The notes below the pieces were generated by a model, which was not told the DNA's origin, searched no databases, and worked only from the letters and a program-made list of their open reading frames with translations. DNA of 64,000 nt, taken from assembly GCA_017499595.2 (NCBI GenBank), contig CM039005.1, positions 2,480,001-2,544,000 of the forward strand, in the 5' to 3' direction. The stretch's first letter is position 1. Each line of letters opens with the position of its first letter. Source of the stretch: Psilocybe cubensis. Its lineage: Eukaryota. Below, piece after piece: positions 52,521 through 64,000 of this stretch. Position numbers and translations under genes: made by a program.

Positions 52521-53761
52521 ATGAGTCAGCCCATTAATATGACCCAAGCCCTTTCTACTTACATGCAATCATACATGGCAAGCAAGGTCAACAACGTAAT
52601 GCCTACATTGATTCCGGAAGATATGACTGCCAAAACATTGTATGAGTGTAATCTAGCTGTTGAAATAATTCTGGAGGCCCACTCAAATCAAGGTAAGTGC
52701 TAAAGAAATTTACCAAAAAGTCAAGGTCTCAGACTGCCTTATACCACATTAGAGCAAACTAAATGGAATGCAAACAATTATGTTGAACACTTGTCAGAAC
52801 ATTGCACTGGAAGAAACAATGCCGTTGAAGACAATCTAAAAAATTTATTTCCACCAATACATCTTCCAATGTTGTATTGGTGCAAATCCGGAACTGTGGC
52901 TAATAGTGAGGGGAACATTCTGGCATGGTATTTGCCTGGAATCTTGATAGAAAGATGGGTGGTGAGTGCTTTAAATAAATGTCAGGTAAATATCTGAAAA
53001 CCTCAGAATTCTACATGGAAAATGCTACAAAATATTGAAGGTCTCATTCGTATGACCCCTTCATCAACTAGCTGGAGGGCCAACAAAACTTACTTCAGAC
53101 ATGAGTCTGCCTGGCTGCGCCCAGGAAATGCCAACTTTTCACCTGCTTGGTTTCAGCAAGGGCATGAGGTAGGGTGTTTTATTCTTTCTGTGATTTATTG
53201 ATTTGAATGCTTTGGCAGCAATCCAATCCATTGGAGGTTTTGGCTGATCTCACACATCTCAACGGACTATCATTTATTGCCAGTCTAATGACTACTTTGG
53301 CATTGATTGGAGCCATCCTAAGCATTATTCATCTGGCAAAGTTTTGGGCCGGAATGGAGTTCCTCGAGCGGATATCGTCTCAACCCAAGATCATTCACAA
53401 GGCTGAACTTTTGAAGCATATCCTTACTTTCTGGACTTCCCCCTCTGGCGTCATCAGTATCATCAGCAATAGAGACACGCCTTTTCATTGTGACAATGGG
53501 TCTTGTCACCCATGGTATGATTTGCTCATGCCATTGGGCAACTATGAAAATGGGAGAATTGAACTTCCAGGCATTGGCATAAGGTACAAGTATGATCCAA
53601 CAACATTATTTGCAATTTCAGGAAGAGTGCTACAGCACGGGGTAATATGTGATGGAGACAGAGCAGTTTTAGCCTTTTATATGCGTAGATTGGTTTTGGA
53701 ACGACTAGGAGTTAGCAAAGTGGGATGGTCAACTTTCTCCAATATTCTTCAAAACTTGTAG
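52521..53761 (+). CDS. Fungal TET/JBP-family 2OG-Fe(II) dioxygenase; predicted exons 52521-52692, 52753-52961, 53007-53168, 53219-53761 (361 aa, open)
   Basis: ILAWYLPG, FSPAWFQQGHE, NRDTPFHCD (HxD), LQHGV (distal His), GDRAVLAFYMR (2OG-binding Arg); GT-AG introns keep the frame. Confidence 0.85.
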
Positions 53762-53775
53762 ATTTTAAATTGATC

Positions 53776-55545
53776 TCAATGCAAAGTATTGAAATTGTTA
53801 TTTAAATTGTAACCACCGTCTTGATCTTCATCTTCATAGCTCCAGTTGTTATAAGATTGTGTTTCATCATCCAAAACTTCTGAGTCTTCCATCACGTCCG
53901 AGAACTTTTCAAAATCTTCTTTATCTTCAATTTGTTCTGCCAATTGTTCTAAATAATCTGCAGAAACGAATGTGCCAGAAGAAAAAGAGGACACACAGTT
54001 GTCATTATTTTCTCGATAATCATTCAAGGATGCATGTGAATCCAGAATAAACATGTCGTTTGCGGAGGAAGTGGAAGCCAAAGGGGCAAAAGGTTTGGGC
54101 GGAATAACTTTCGGATCCAATGTTTTGGCGGCAGTGTCCGAAGCCGTTTGAACATTGACAACCCTGGATGGTGGTGTAGAATACAGCCAAGGGGGGTGGA
54201 AAGGAAGCTCTTTCAAGGCAACAAATGAATAAAAGATGCCATTAATACAGAATGAGGCATCATTCATTTGAGAAAGAGCATTGTATTGCATTTCGGATAG
54301 ACAAGCATTCTAGCCATCAGATTTTGGGTGTTCTGGATGCTGAAGCTTGTATTTGTCGGGGAGTGGAAAGTTATTCTCAAAGGAAGGCCTCCCATACTCG
54401 TAAGCTATGTTTTCTATAATTGAATATTGGCCCACCAGGTCGGAAAAGTGGGCTACGGCTTCATCGGCAGTTTTCCTCATATCTGCAAGATTGAGACAAA
54501 GATTGGCCAAAGATCTCATAACATGTGTAAAAATTGGCTGCCCGCATTTAGGACAGTATGGAGGCCTATGGTCCGAGATGGCAATGGGAGACATATGATC
54601 CCGAGTATTGGCAACCGGCAGGGCAGCGGAGCGGCTTGCAGAAGCCTGTTTGGAATCCTGAGGTCCTGAAGCAAAGCTAACCTTTGACTTTGATGCTGAA
54701 GCTTGTGGACCTGTTTTTTTGGAACTTCTAGAGCTTTTTTGATGATTTAAAGCTGAGAAAATTGACTAAATAGGGTGAAGGGCATCCGCCGAAGGTTGAT
54801 TGGGGTAATTGGCTCCCGGCGTGGGCCTTTCAGAGTGCTGGGCTGCCGCCGGAGCAGCGGAATGGGTTTGTGCCGCAGACTCAGATGGACCACCTTTCTT
54901 GCTCAACTTGAGCTCTTCTGCATATCGCGGGAGGACAATCTATGTAGATTTATCAACAAACAATTATATGAAATAAATATGGTTCTATAGGTACCTTATT
55001 CCAAAACTCTCTGACCTGAGACTCAATTGTGATATCAGAGACTTTCCAATCTTCATTGGCTTTATGTCCAGGTTCCCACCAGTAGCCCCATGGTTTTGTT
55101 GATTTTAAAATATTGTTATCTTCCTCTGCTGACCAGCACTGGTTAATTAATTGAAAGAGAACTGCATTGTGATGGGGATTGCTATTGAGAACAGCATGGA
55201 CCGATTGGTTAAGGATTTCTGCTATAAAGAAGGAGGTGTCGACAGCAAATCCATTTATATAACAGTATCCAAGCACTCTGAGAAATATAGCCTGCAATTC
55301 CATATAAATAAATGATTAATTGAAAGAATAATCTCACTTACTGCCTCTCTTTCCAACAATGAGAGCCATCTTGCCAAAGTGTCCAGCGGCACACTTGATG
55401 CTGAACTAAGTAACAATCGGTATCCAGTTTGGATCCAAGCACCACACAAATGAACATGCAGCTTTGCTAAAGCACGTCTTTCATCGTAGCTGAGAAGATA
55501 GTGTTCATCTTTAGTAGGGGGATTGAAGATACAAGGAAGGCTCAT
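53776..55545 (-). CDS. Unknown multi-exon cargo gene between TET/JBP and the transposase (possibly degenerate)
   Basis: Consecutive protein-like minus-strand ORFs 55255-55545, 54953-55303, 54310-54594 (CPKC) and 53776-54291 (acidic tail). Confidence 0.5.
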
Positions 55546-57409
55546 GGTGGTCTTGTGGCAATATTGATCAGTTAGTTGGAGAAATATATAGATTACAAGT
55601 TTAGTAAATAGAACAGGTGACCTAATTTGTAGTTATAAAAATCCACACGGAGGGATAGTTTCCGTTTATCTTCTAGAATTTGACATCGGCGGCCCACCCC
55701 AAGTCATTCCACATTGCTATCTGCTTCTGACAGAAAGCCCTATGACCTGCCAAGCGGTCCGGAACAATTTCATGCCGTTTCTTCCAAGTCTTGGCCATAT
55801 GGACATAAAATCTCACCATCTATTCCATTTCTTTGTTTGTCAGGGATAGTTCTTATTTCCATCTGTTTCTTTGAGCCCTAGCTCTCAGCCAGTTAAGACA
55901 AAAGACTTGCAGATTTTAGATAGTTTGTAGAGTCAAGAGAAAGATAACTCACATTCATTGACGTATAATTGGTTATCGGCATTGAGTCCTTGGCGGGATC
56001 TCCAAATCCAACTAAGCCAGTCGGAACTGCTGCCCCGAACATTCAGATCCAAAATTGCTGCGCTGTGCTTGCAATCATGGTCATATAAAACAGGAAACTC
56101 CCTCCGTATCTGCATAATATCCTCTTCGGAGTGGCCAGCAATGCGAATCATTGCTATCCAGTTTGCGTTGTAAATCTTTTTGTGCAATTTCCAAGATGCA
56201 TTCAACAGTTTGACTCCGTCCCATGCGCGGGTGCCTGTGTATACCAAATCTGCCATGCGGACTTGATATTTATATTGCCACGAGAGCTGAATGAGGGCTG
56301 ATCTAACTGCCTCAAGACAATCTTCAGCATGGCCCTGGCGAATGTGTAACTTGAGTTTTTGCAGCCCTTTAAGTTGGTGAGCCATGCCTTCTTCAAGATC
56401 TTGGAAATAATCATCAAGCAGTGCTGACAGGAACGGGAGAGGTTGCCGTTCCGGATCCGCCCGGATAATGTTGACATTCCCAATGTTGGCTATCTCATCA
56501 TTGCTGACTTTGTTGTTAAGAACTGGGGTATTAACTTCTTGAATACTCTCCAAAGCCTCTTCCCCCAAGAATGTCAATGCAGTACGGCTGAAAGCCTCGA
56601 CTCGTGTTCGCATTGACCGACATTTATTAACCAAATCAAGCTGTTGAGCTGTGGATGGATGAGTTCCAAGTTTGCGAACATGGCTTCTTAGCTCTAATCT
56701 GTAGGGTATAAAAATATATAAAATTCAAAAAAATAGAAAACATACTGAGCTTGTTCCAATTTCAAGCCAGATGAAATCCAAGCAGCCTTGCCTGTAGCTC
56801 CGGAGGAAGTCAGCTCCATATTTGAGAGATGTAATTCAATTTCTTGTCATCCGGCAGCAGTTTTCACTTTGCTTGCCATTACTTGACTCATAGCATTGGA
56901 TACTCCTTGATCCCAATCAAACTCGGCCTGTTTGATTTCTTGCTCCCATGTGTCAACTAGCTTGGAAGGTTGTTGTTCCGTAAGATTTCGGTAGAATGCT
57001 TCTGTTATGCCGGACTGTTCAACGGCCCGCTTGTACTTGGCCGCTATGGTGGCAGCTTTGCAAACATGAAATATTGTTTTTTTCCAATTTGAATCACCCA
57101 TGTGGTCATCCAGAACTTCAGCGCGGTGTGCAGTGGTTGCCAAACGAGTACTTTGGGAAGTATCATTGAGGACGGACCAGAGAGGTTCCAATATTTCTCC
57201 ATCAATAATTCCAACGCCCGGAATGTAGGTTGACACTACTACTTACCACCTTATATGATATAACCTGACAGTATTTCAGCACAACCTCATGTTAAATTGC
57301 CAGCATATGTATAATATGAAAAATTGTGGTATACTAAGTATGAAATATATTATTTGTATTGCCAGGGTATTTTTCATATGCACTGACAACTGTATATTAT
57401 TTATTATTC

Positions 57410-57668
57410 TGTGCCAGCAAGTTTATCATAAGCCGCTGGCACGAATATTTCATTGGTATACCAGCACATATATTATTCTGTGCCAGCGAGTTTATCATAA
57501 GCCACTGGCACAAATATTTCATTGGTATACCAGCACATATATCATTCCATGCCAGCCCCATATCATTCCGTGCCAGCAAGTGTATCATAAAACACTGGCA
57601 GAAATATTTCATTGGTATACCAGCACATATATCATTCCGTGCCAGCAAGTTTATCATAAGCCGCTGGC
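57410..57668. repeat. ~69-bp tandem units containing tgccagc...gctggca mini-palindromes
   Basis: Units start near 57411, 57480, 57570 and 57639. Confidence 0.85.
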
Positions 57669-60524
57669 CACTAGTAGTTTCAATTTTATATTATTATATC
57701 TAGACAACTGTCTACAGGCAAACTGAACTGTTATCCAGTAATTCATATCATTGTTTATCTAGGAATTTCATTACTATTGGGCATTTCATTCCTAGACAAA
57801 AATATGATATCAAACCAATTGATTTCATTACTTATTGGCTTGATTTCATTTCAATTGAAGGCTGTTTTATTCCACTATTATCAACGATTTCATTGCAATT
57901 TCATTTCTATCTTGAAGTATTTCATTAATATTTAGAATTGATTTTATTAGCTGTAGAGGTGATTTCATTATGATTTCATATCTAATCTTATGATTATCTA
58001 GGCTTGATAATCCTGTACTAGATTAATTAGTGCATGCTATTTTTGGCCCAGGAACTCGGACTAAATATATTAGAATTAGGGCTGACAGCCATCACATTAG
58101 GGCCCTGTCCCTGCCCCTTCCCTTGGCTCCTGGCTCTATAAATAACACTCATCCTATGCTACTTTTGTGCATTGCTGGCAATGGATTGGGCGCTTTTGGG
58201 AGCATTTCTGGACCGTTTTCCTTGGTGTTTTTTGATAGACCTATAGTTTTAAAGTGTCCCAATTCGAATCGGAAATCAGAACTGCAATATCTTTACTCAT
58301 TATTGTGCAATTAAGCGTACAATGTTTTGGTCAAAAAGCGCAGCTTGAATAGCACCCTCCAGGGGGCAGCATGCACCCTTTTGACTATGCCATTATTTAT
58401 TATTTATGTTAGACAGAGTACATGCCAAGTTTTAGCTCAATTAGAGCAGTGGAACCTATTGAACTAGGATGTGCACCCTACCCCTCCTCCTACCCCTTGT
58501 ACAAATGCCTTCCTGATCAGATAAATTCAGGCCCAACCAGGCCTGGGTAGGCGTCTATTATACCAACTTTTAGAGCCTAAAATCTTGGTGCAATTCCAAG
58601 ATTTAAGGGTACTACCCCCCACTCCCCCCAGAACTTGTGTATTTTATTATACAATAGGATGTGCTCTCAGACCATTGAAAAACATGTAGATCTACTAATA
58701 ACAGTACATAGAGTCCAAAAGTTACCCTTAAAAGCCCTCTGCAGCAAGGAAACATACTGATTAAAGGGGGGGTATGAGGAAAGGTATAGTAGATTATTGA
58801 TCAGGCTATATCTCTACAAATACTTCATTATAAAAAATATTCTTGACGTCTACAAATACCTACAGGTCCCTACTAAATATTATTCTCAAGGTTCAAAAAG
58901 ATCCATCCTCTAGATGAGATGCTGCAGAGAGAATACCATTCTTTATCAAAATGCACAGTATTTTCGCATTTACCATATATAAATGTTCATGATCAGGAAA
59001 TATAAAAGCAGGATAGTATAGCCCCAAAATGTAGCTTTTCAAAACATCCAGGATGTTGTGCATTGGACAAGTGGTTGCTGAGATATGGAAAGAAAGGTGT
59101 TGAAGAACCCATCAGAGACCCGAATGGATATTGGCCTTTATTTATGCTTTGTTTGTGGTCACCTCTTTGCCCTTTCTCCGAGATACATTTTGACATATCT
59201 CAACTCATACTCATCAGGCCACCATGATTCTATATACCACAGGAAGGTATCATTTAGGCCTACATGACTGTACTATCTATGTATTTTTTGGATATCACTT
59301 TGCCAGTCATATTTTGCTTTTTGTGTATTTGTGCCTCATTGAGGGTATTCTTTGTCTGGCATCTTAGGACCTTGTTGGGGAGCTTTGCATCATTAAAAAA
59401 CCATGTAGGGGGCGTAAATAACTACCCAGAGAGGTATATTATATGAGCAACAGTGCAGTACCTGCAGTGATACACCCATATTATGAATGTTATACAATCT
59501 CACTTCAGTTGTCTCAGAAACAAGCTGTTCCTTACCATTTAAGGTCTTCTAAGGGTATGTTTTATGTTTATAGAATGCAAAATGTTAGCTGGATAAGTTT
59601 TTATCATGTCTATATGCCCATCCTACCTCATAATAAAATACACAAGCTTTGGAGAGGATGGGGAGTAGTACCCTTTAATCTTAGAATTTCACCAATATCT
59701 TGGGCTTTAAAAATTAGTATAATAAGCGCCTACATTATCCCAGTTGGGCTTGAATTTATCTAATCAGGAAGGTATTCATACAAGGGGTAGGAGGAGGGGT
59801 AGAGTGCACATCCTAGTTCAATAGGTCCCACTGCTCTAATTGAGCTAAAACTTGGCATGTACTCCGTCAAACATAAATAAAAAATAATGGCATAGTCAGA
59901 AGGGTGCATACCAACCCCTGGAGGGTGCTATTTAAGGTGCGCTTTTTGACCAAAACATCGTACGCTTAATTGCACAATAATGAGTAAAGATATTGCAATT
60001 CTGATTTCATATTCGGATTGGGACACCTTGAAACTATAGGTCTACCAAAAAGCACCAAAGGAAACGGTCCAGAAATGCCCCCAAAAGCACCCAATCCATT
60101 GCCAGCAATGCACAAAAGTAGCATAGGATGAGCACTATTTATAGACCAAGGGGCCGAGGAGAGAAAAGTTTATTTAATAATAGCTTTGATGGATTGATAG
60201 ACATGGCCTAGAAGTACCCACAGTGTTCCTGATTTGATGGCATGGCATCAGAAATGACCAAGCAAAGATAAGATATATTGATGTAGAACAATCTTATCAA
60301 ATAACCAGGCTGGTATCTAATCAAAAGGTATTGAAAAAGCGCCCTAAAGATAATGAGAAAGAAGGGTATTATCTAATGAAAAAGGCTTTGAAAAAGCGAA
60401 GTAAACTTATAAGAAATAGACCAATCTTCTCATTATTTTGCTTTGTGATAAAACCATCAACAGTTATAAAAAGAGTGTGCTAACACTTGCTATTGTTTTA
60501 TCAAAAAAATGGTAGGTACCACTC
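57669..60524. mobile_element. Nested asymmetric element: CACTAGT end, palindromic core (~58125-60155), GAGTGG end
   Basis: CACTAGTAG at 57669; ...GGTAGGTACCACTC at 60524 as at 6903; imperfect flanking match (gctggc/actggc) within tandem repeats. Confidence 0.8.
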
Positions 60525-60845
60525 ACTGGCATCAAATGAGAAATATGGCTGACATTCTATAAAAAATGTGGGTGGCATGGAATGAGAAATTTGGTTGACA
60601 TCCAATGAGAAATACGGCTGGCATCCAATAAGAAATACGGCTGGCATTGAATGAGAAAAGTGGGTGGCATGGAATGAGAAATTTGGCTGATATTTAATGA
60701 GAAATTTGGCTGACATTCTGTGAAAAATTTGGTTGGCATCCAATGATAAATTCGGCTGATATTCAATGAAAAATATGGCTGGCATCCAATAAAAAATAGG
60801 GCTGGCATTGAATAAAAAATGGGGCTGGCATTGAATGAAAAGTGT
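60525..60845. repeat. ~21-bp tandem array (ggctggcattcaatgagaaat)
   Basis: Consecutive degenerate copies seen directly. Confidence 0.85.
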
Positions 60846-63708
60846 CACAGCTTTTTGATAAATGGCTGGTAGGATATCTCATTTATTTACCACAATTTTT
60901 CATATCTTTATTCACTAACAGATTTACATGAGGTTGTGCTGAAATCTAGTCAGTATATATCATATAAGTGGTAAGGACCACTCAGGTTGAGGCATACTTG
61001 TATAAGCATTCAGATTTATGCCCATGGATGTGGAAAAGACCAATAGCAAAGGTTATTTTGACAGAGGGGGGCCAGTGCATCTTTGTAGAGTCAGTCAGAT
61101 GCTTCATGAGATTGACGCAATATTGGCAGTTGATATCGTAAATTTCCAGATGCCTAGTGATGCCTTTAGTATTTGTTGTTTCCCTTGCCTGTGTTAAGGA
61201 CCAATCCATGTGCATTTGCTTCTTTCCTTTGTCGAAATCAACAACACTGTTAGGACAAAAGCATCCATGTCTTGCACACGCATGGGCGCCTATTCCTCTA
61301 ACTCGTTTTCTAGGGCTAACTCTATTCTCTGCTTTTTGTGCATGGTAGTTGTGACAAGTTGGTTCCTGGAAAAGTTGTTAATTGGAAGCATGCTGAGCTG
61401 CGGCGGGAGCATGTTAGGCCGCGGCAGCAATACACTTACCCATTTATAATGTGGTGCCAGAGAAATAGCTTCCTTTATATGCTCCTTGTATGGCCCAGGA
61501 TTGGTCATAAAACCTTCTCCAACACTGAGCCAGACATCGTCTCCCTTGTTTTTTTGATTCAAATGATTGGCTTTGAAGTTTCCATCTGCCACATAGCTAC
61601 GAATATAGATATCACTAATATAATGTGAGCTTAATAATTGAATAAAGGTATTCTGCTTACCTATTGGCTTCAAGAACCCAGTTATCAGATAGATTAACAC
61701 CTGGCTGTGGACATGCTGGACAGAACAATGTCAAGGACCCTCTTTTATCTGGCTTGTTTCTGGATGGAGGTTCAGGTGACATATTATTTGGGTCAGAATC
61801 ACCTGGATCAACTTCCAACCGGGATGTTGTATCATTCCGTTTGGGAACTTCGTTTGGTTCCGATGGTCGGGATGAAGAATTGTTCCGTGTTTGCCCTGTT
61901 TCCAGAGATGTTATTGAGCTGAAAGATTCCTGATTGGGATGCATTTTGGAGCCTTGTTGTGGGTATTTCAACTCCATATAAGCCTTTAGAGCCTGTTTAG
62001 AGTGTCCTTGACCGTGTATTTTGTGCAATATAAGGTTTCTGTATTGGCGACTAAGCCTTCTCAGTTCCCAATAGCGGTTCAGAACCTTTTTGGGAAATGA
62101 AGATGAGGTAATGCGTCTGAGCTTTTGATAATATTGATAGCCCAAGGTTTTGCATTCAAGGTTGGTAACCCTAAAATCCTCTAGCATGTCCAGTGTAAAC
62201 AAGGTTCGGATATTCTGAAAACTAGTAGCAAAAAGACCCATTTCCAGATATTGCAAATCTAAAGGCAGCACGGCAGATTGGCAAGTACAAGTCCAAATGG
62301 GTAGATAGTGTACTCCGGATGTATGAATAATAACTTTGAATGGGATACCGTCATTATCTTCTGCCCTTGGATGGGGTTGATCGTGGAAGCTTGTATCAAG
62401 TTCTCCATACAAGTTGATATCCTCATTGTCTCCATCATCCAGTTCAAACAGAATTGGGATTTCAGGATCTGCAAAAAGCTGAGATGTGAAAGACTCTTTG
62501 TCATTGTTTGCTGGGATTGGACCAATGTCATGAGTATCCGTAACTTTGGCGGCATCACGAGTCCCGCTCCTGTAGTATTCATTGGCGGCATCATGATTCC
62601 CGCTCCTGCTATATTCATTGGCAGCAAGTGATGTGCCGCTCCAATAGTTGTTTTTAGCGGCAGATTGAATCCTGTTTCCAATATATCCTTCGGCTCCAAT
62701 GCTTGTCCTGTGGGTACTCTTGTTTAAGGGCAATTTTACTGGACACTTCTTTCCATTATGACCAAGATACAACCTAATACCTACTTCCCATAAACCTCCA
62801 GGACAAAAGTACTCCCCTGTCCATTTCTCGACTCGGTGAAATGGAACCAGTTGATGGTTTTGTCTCAGACAGTGAGGGCAAACAAGCTGAGATCTGAAAC
62901 ATTCAAGGCATCTCTAACATTCCGGGAGTCTTTGGCATTGCTGGCATTGATTATCCCAACGCGGAGAAGGCGCCTCCCAGCCAATGAGTGTCCCGAGGTA
63001 TATTTCTCTTTTTGGAAGCCACTCTCTAAGGTAGTCATTTTGAGACTAAGATAATAATTTGTGAGCAAGAACATCTCAATATATTGACACAGATATACCT
63101 TTTCTCTTGTCCTAACATCCTGTAACTCTCTCAAGTTGTCAATTACCTGCTGGTCTGTCAGATCTTCCGGATAGTGAGGTATGTTTACTTCATCTATATT
63201 GTGTTCAAAGTGTTGTAACATGTTTTGGGCAGGTGGAGGAATAGAAGTGGAAGATTGGCTTGTATCAGGTCTATATTTCCTTGGCCTTCCTCTTTTCCTT
63301 CAAGCCCCAGAAGACCAGCTTGCCTCCTTGGGGCCGTTGCTATCTGATCCATTACCTGGCACAGTATGAAAGCCTATGGAAGTGGGAAGCAAAGTGTCTG
63401 AGCACCTGTGAATTTCATTCTAAATACAGTATTCCATTGATAGCTCTTCACCATGTGCATTAAATTTATTTTAGTCTACATAATCTTTTTGAGGGAAAAA
63501 ATAGCTTTCATATGACCTATCTTGCAAGAAATTTGGAGAACTGTAGCCAATTTTATGAACAAGTTTTATTTTAGATGTGCAGAAAATGGTTGTGATCCCA
63601 ACAGAAATGCATAATGTGATCTACATACAATGACCTTTCAAAACCACTCTCCTGAAGTATTTTGGCCATAACTCTCCATGCACATACTCCCTACTCCTCC
63701 GGCATATA

Positions 63709-64000
63709 CACTAGTACCTACCACTTTTTATGATAATACTTGGGCAATTACCCGCACACTTGTTTATATGGTGGGCACCTTTTTATGATATATATCATTA
63801 CTGCCCCAACCTATATCATATTACTGATATCAGTATTCTGCATCATTGCACTTAAAACCTATATCATAAAGACTTTATCATAGCTGCCCTAAGTCTGTAT
63901 CATTACTGTTTGAATCCGTATCATTAATTTTCCAAGCTCTATCATTAATTTTCCAAGCTGTATCATTAATCTTTAGAAGCTATATCATTCTTTTGTGGAT
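63709..64000 (+). mobile_element. Start of another CACTAGT-terminus element running off the window, with a ~21-22-bp subterminal array
   Basis: CACTAGTACCTACCACTTTTTATGATA at 63709; tatcattaattttccaagct repeats at 63915-63990. Confidence 0.7.

Larger units (their letters stand above)
57234..60983. mobile_element. Non-coding element with CACTAC.../...CCACTC asymmetric termini and 7-bp TSD AGGTTGA, inserted in the KDZ transposase
   Basis: AGGTTGA at 57227-57233 and 60984-60990; removing the insert rejoins ...KYAST|YIPGVG... Confidence 0.92.
55673..63418 (-). pseudogene. CxC2-KDZ transposase, split by the 57234-60983 insertion, with stops; start position approximate
   Basis: HTSGVH..TCTC, RTLFTLDML, LFCPACPQPGVNL (CxC2 region); DGNFKANH, ACARHGCF, YDINCQY, FHIHGH, DGEILEPLWS, LDDHMGDSNWKK (KDZ core). 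Confidence 0.9.
52048..63708 (-). mobile_element. KDZ (Kyakuja-Dileera-Zisupton class) transposon carrying TET/JBP; left terminus CACATAGGACAGTT at 52048, right end not seen
   Basis: Terminus resembles the 19138 TIR and coincides with the START gene break; encloses TET/JBP, an unknown gene and a CxC2-KDZ transposase. Confidence 0.75.

Noticed and set aside
57234..57260. CACTA-starting termini as a CACTA/EnSpm transposon
   Set aside because: Opposite end reads GAGTG and the TSD is 7 bp, not 2-3 bp
57289..57726. Repetitive 145-aa ORF and similar ORFs at 60501-60848
   Set aside because: Translations of the 69-bp and 21-bp tandem arrays
591..63709. One giant element bounded by the two CACTAGT termini
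   Set aside because: The termini face outward (bodies lie left of 591 and right of 63709), so they belong to separate elements

Overview
Repeat-dense eukaryotic DNA, most likely from an agaricomycete (basidiomycete) fungus, judged by short GT-AG introns, a fungal-type TET/JBP gene, a KDZ transposase and a chromoviral Gypsy. No clearly intact housekeeping gene is present. Recognisable elements: a fragmented Ty1/Copia (6.9-13.3 kb); a near-complete, almost CpG-free chromovirus (42.6-49.0 kb); a DD34E Tc1 (40.9-42.5 kb) inside a Crypton-like tyrosine recombinase; and a KDZ (CxC2) transposon starting at 52048 that carries a TET/JBP dioxygenase gene with an apparently open frame. There are also intron-retaining pseudocopies of RNA14, CHS5 and a START-domain gene. 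Two less familiar systems stand out. (1) A 1.57-kb self-priming mini-LTR element (30118-31686, ATTAG target-site duplication, TSD) whose only cargo is a KH-domain ORF. (2) A group of non-coding DNA elements with 7-bp TSDs and asymmetric CACTA/GAGTG or CACATA termini, sharing a ~2-kb internal palindromic cassette (five copies); two appear to have been made symmetric by recombination within the palindrome. All alignments and counts were made by eye; no database searches were run.
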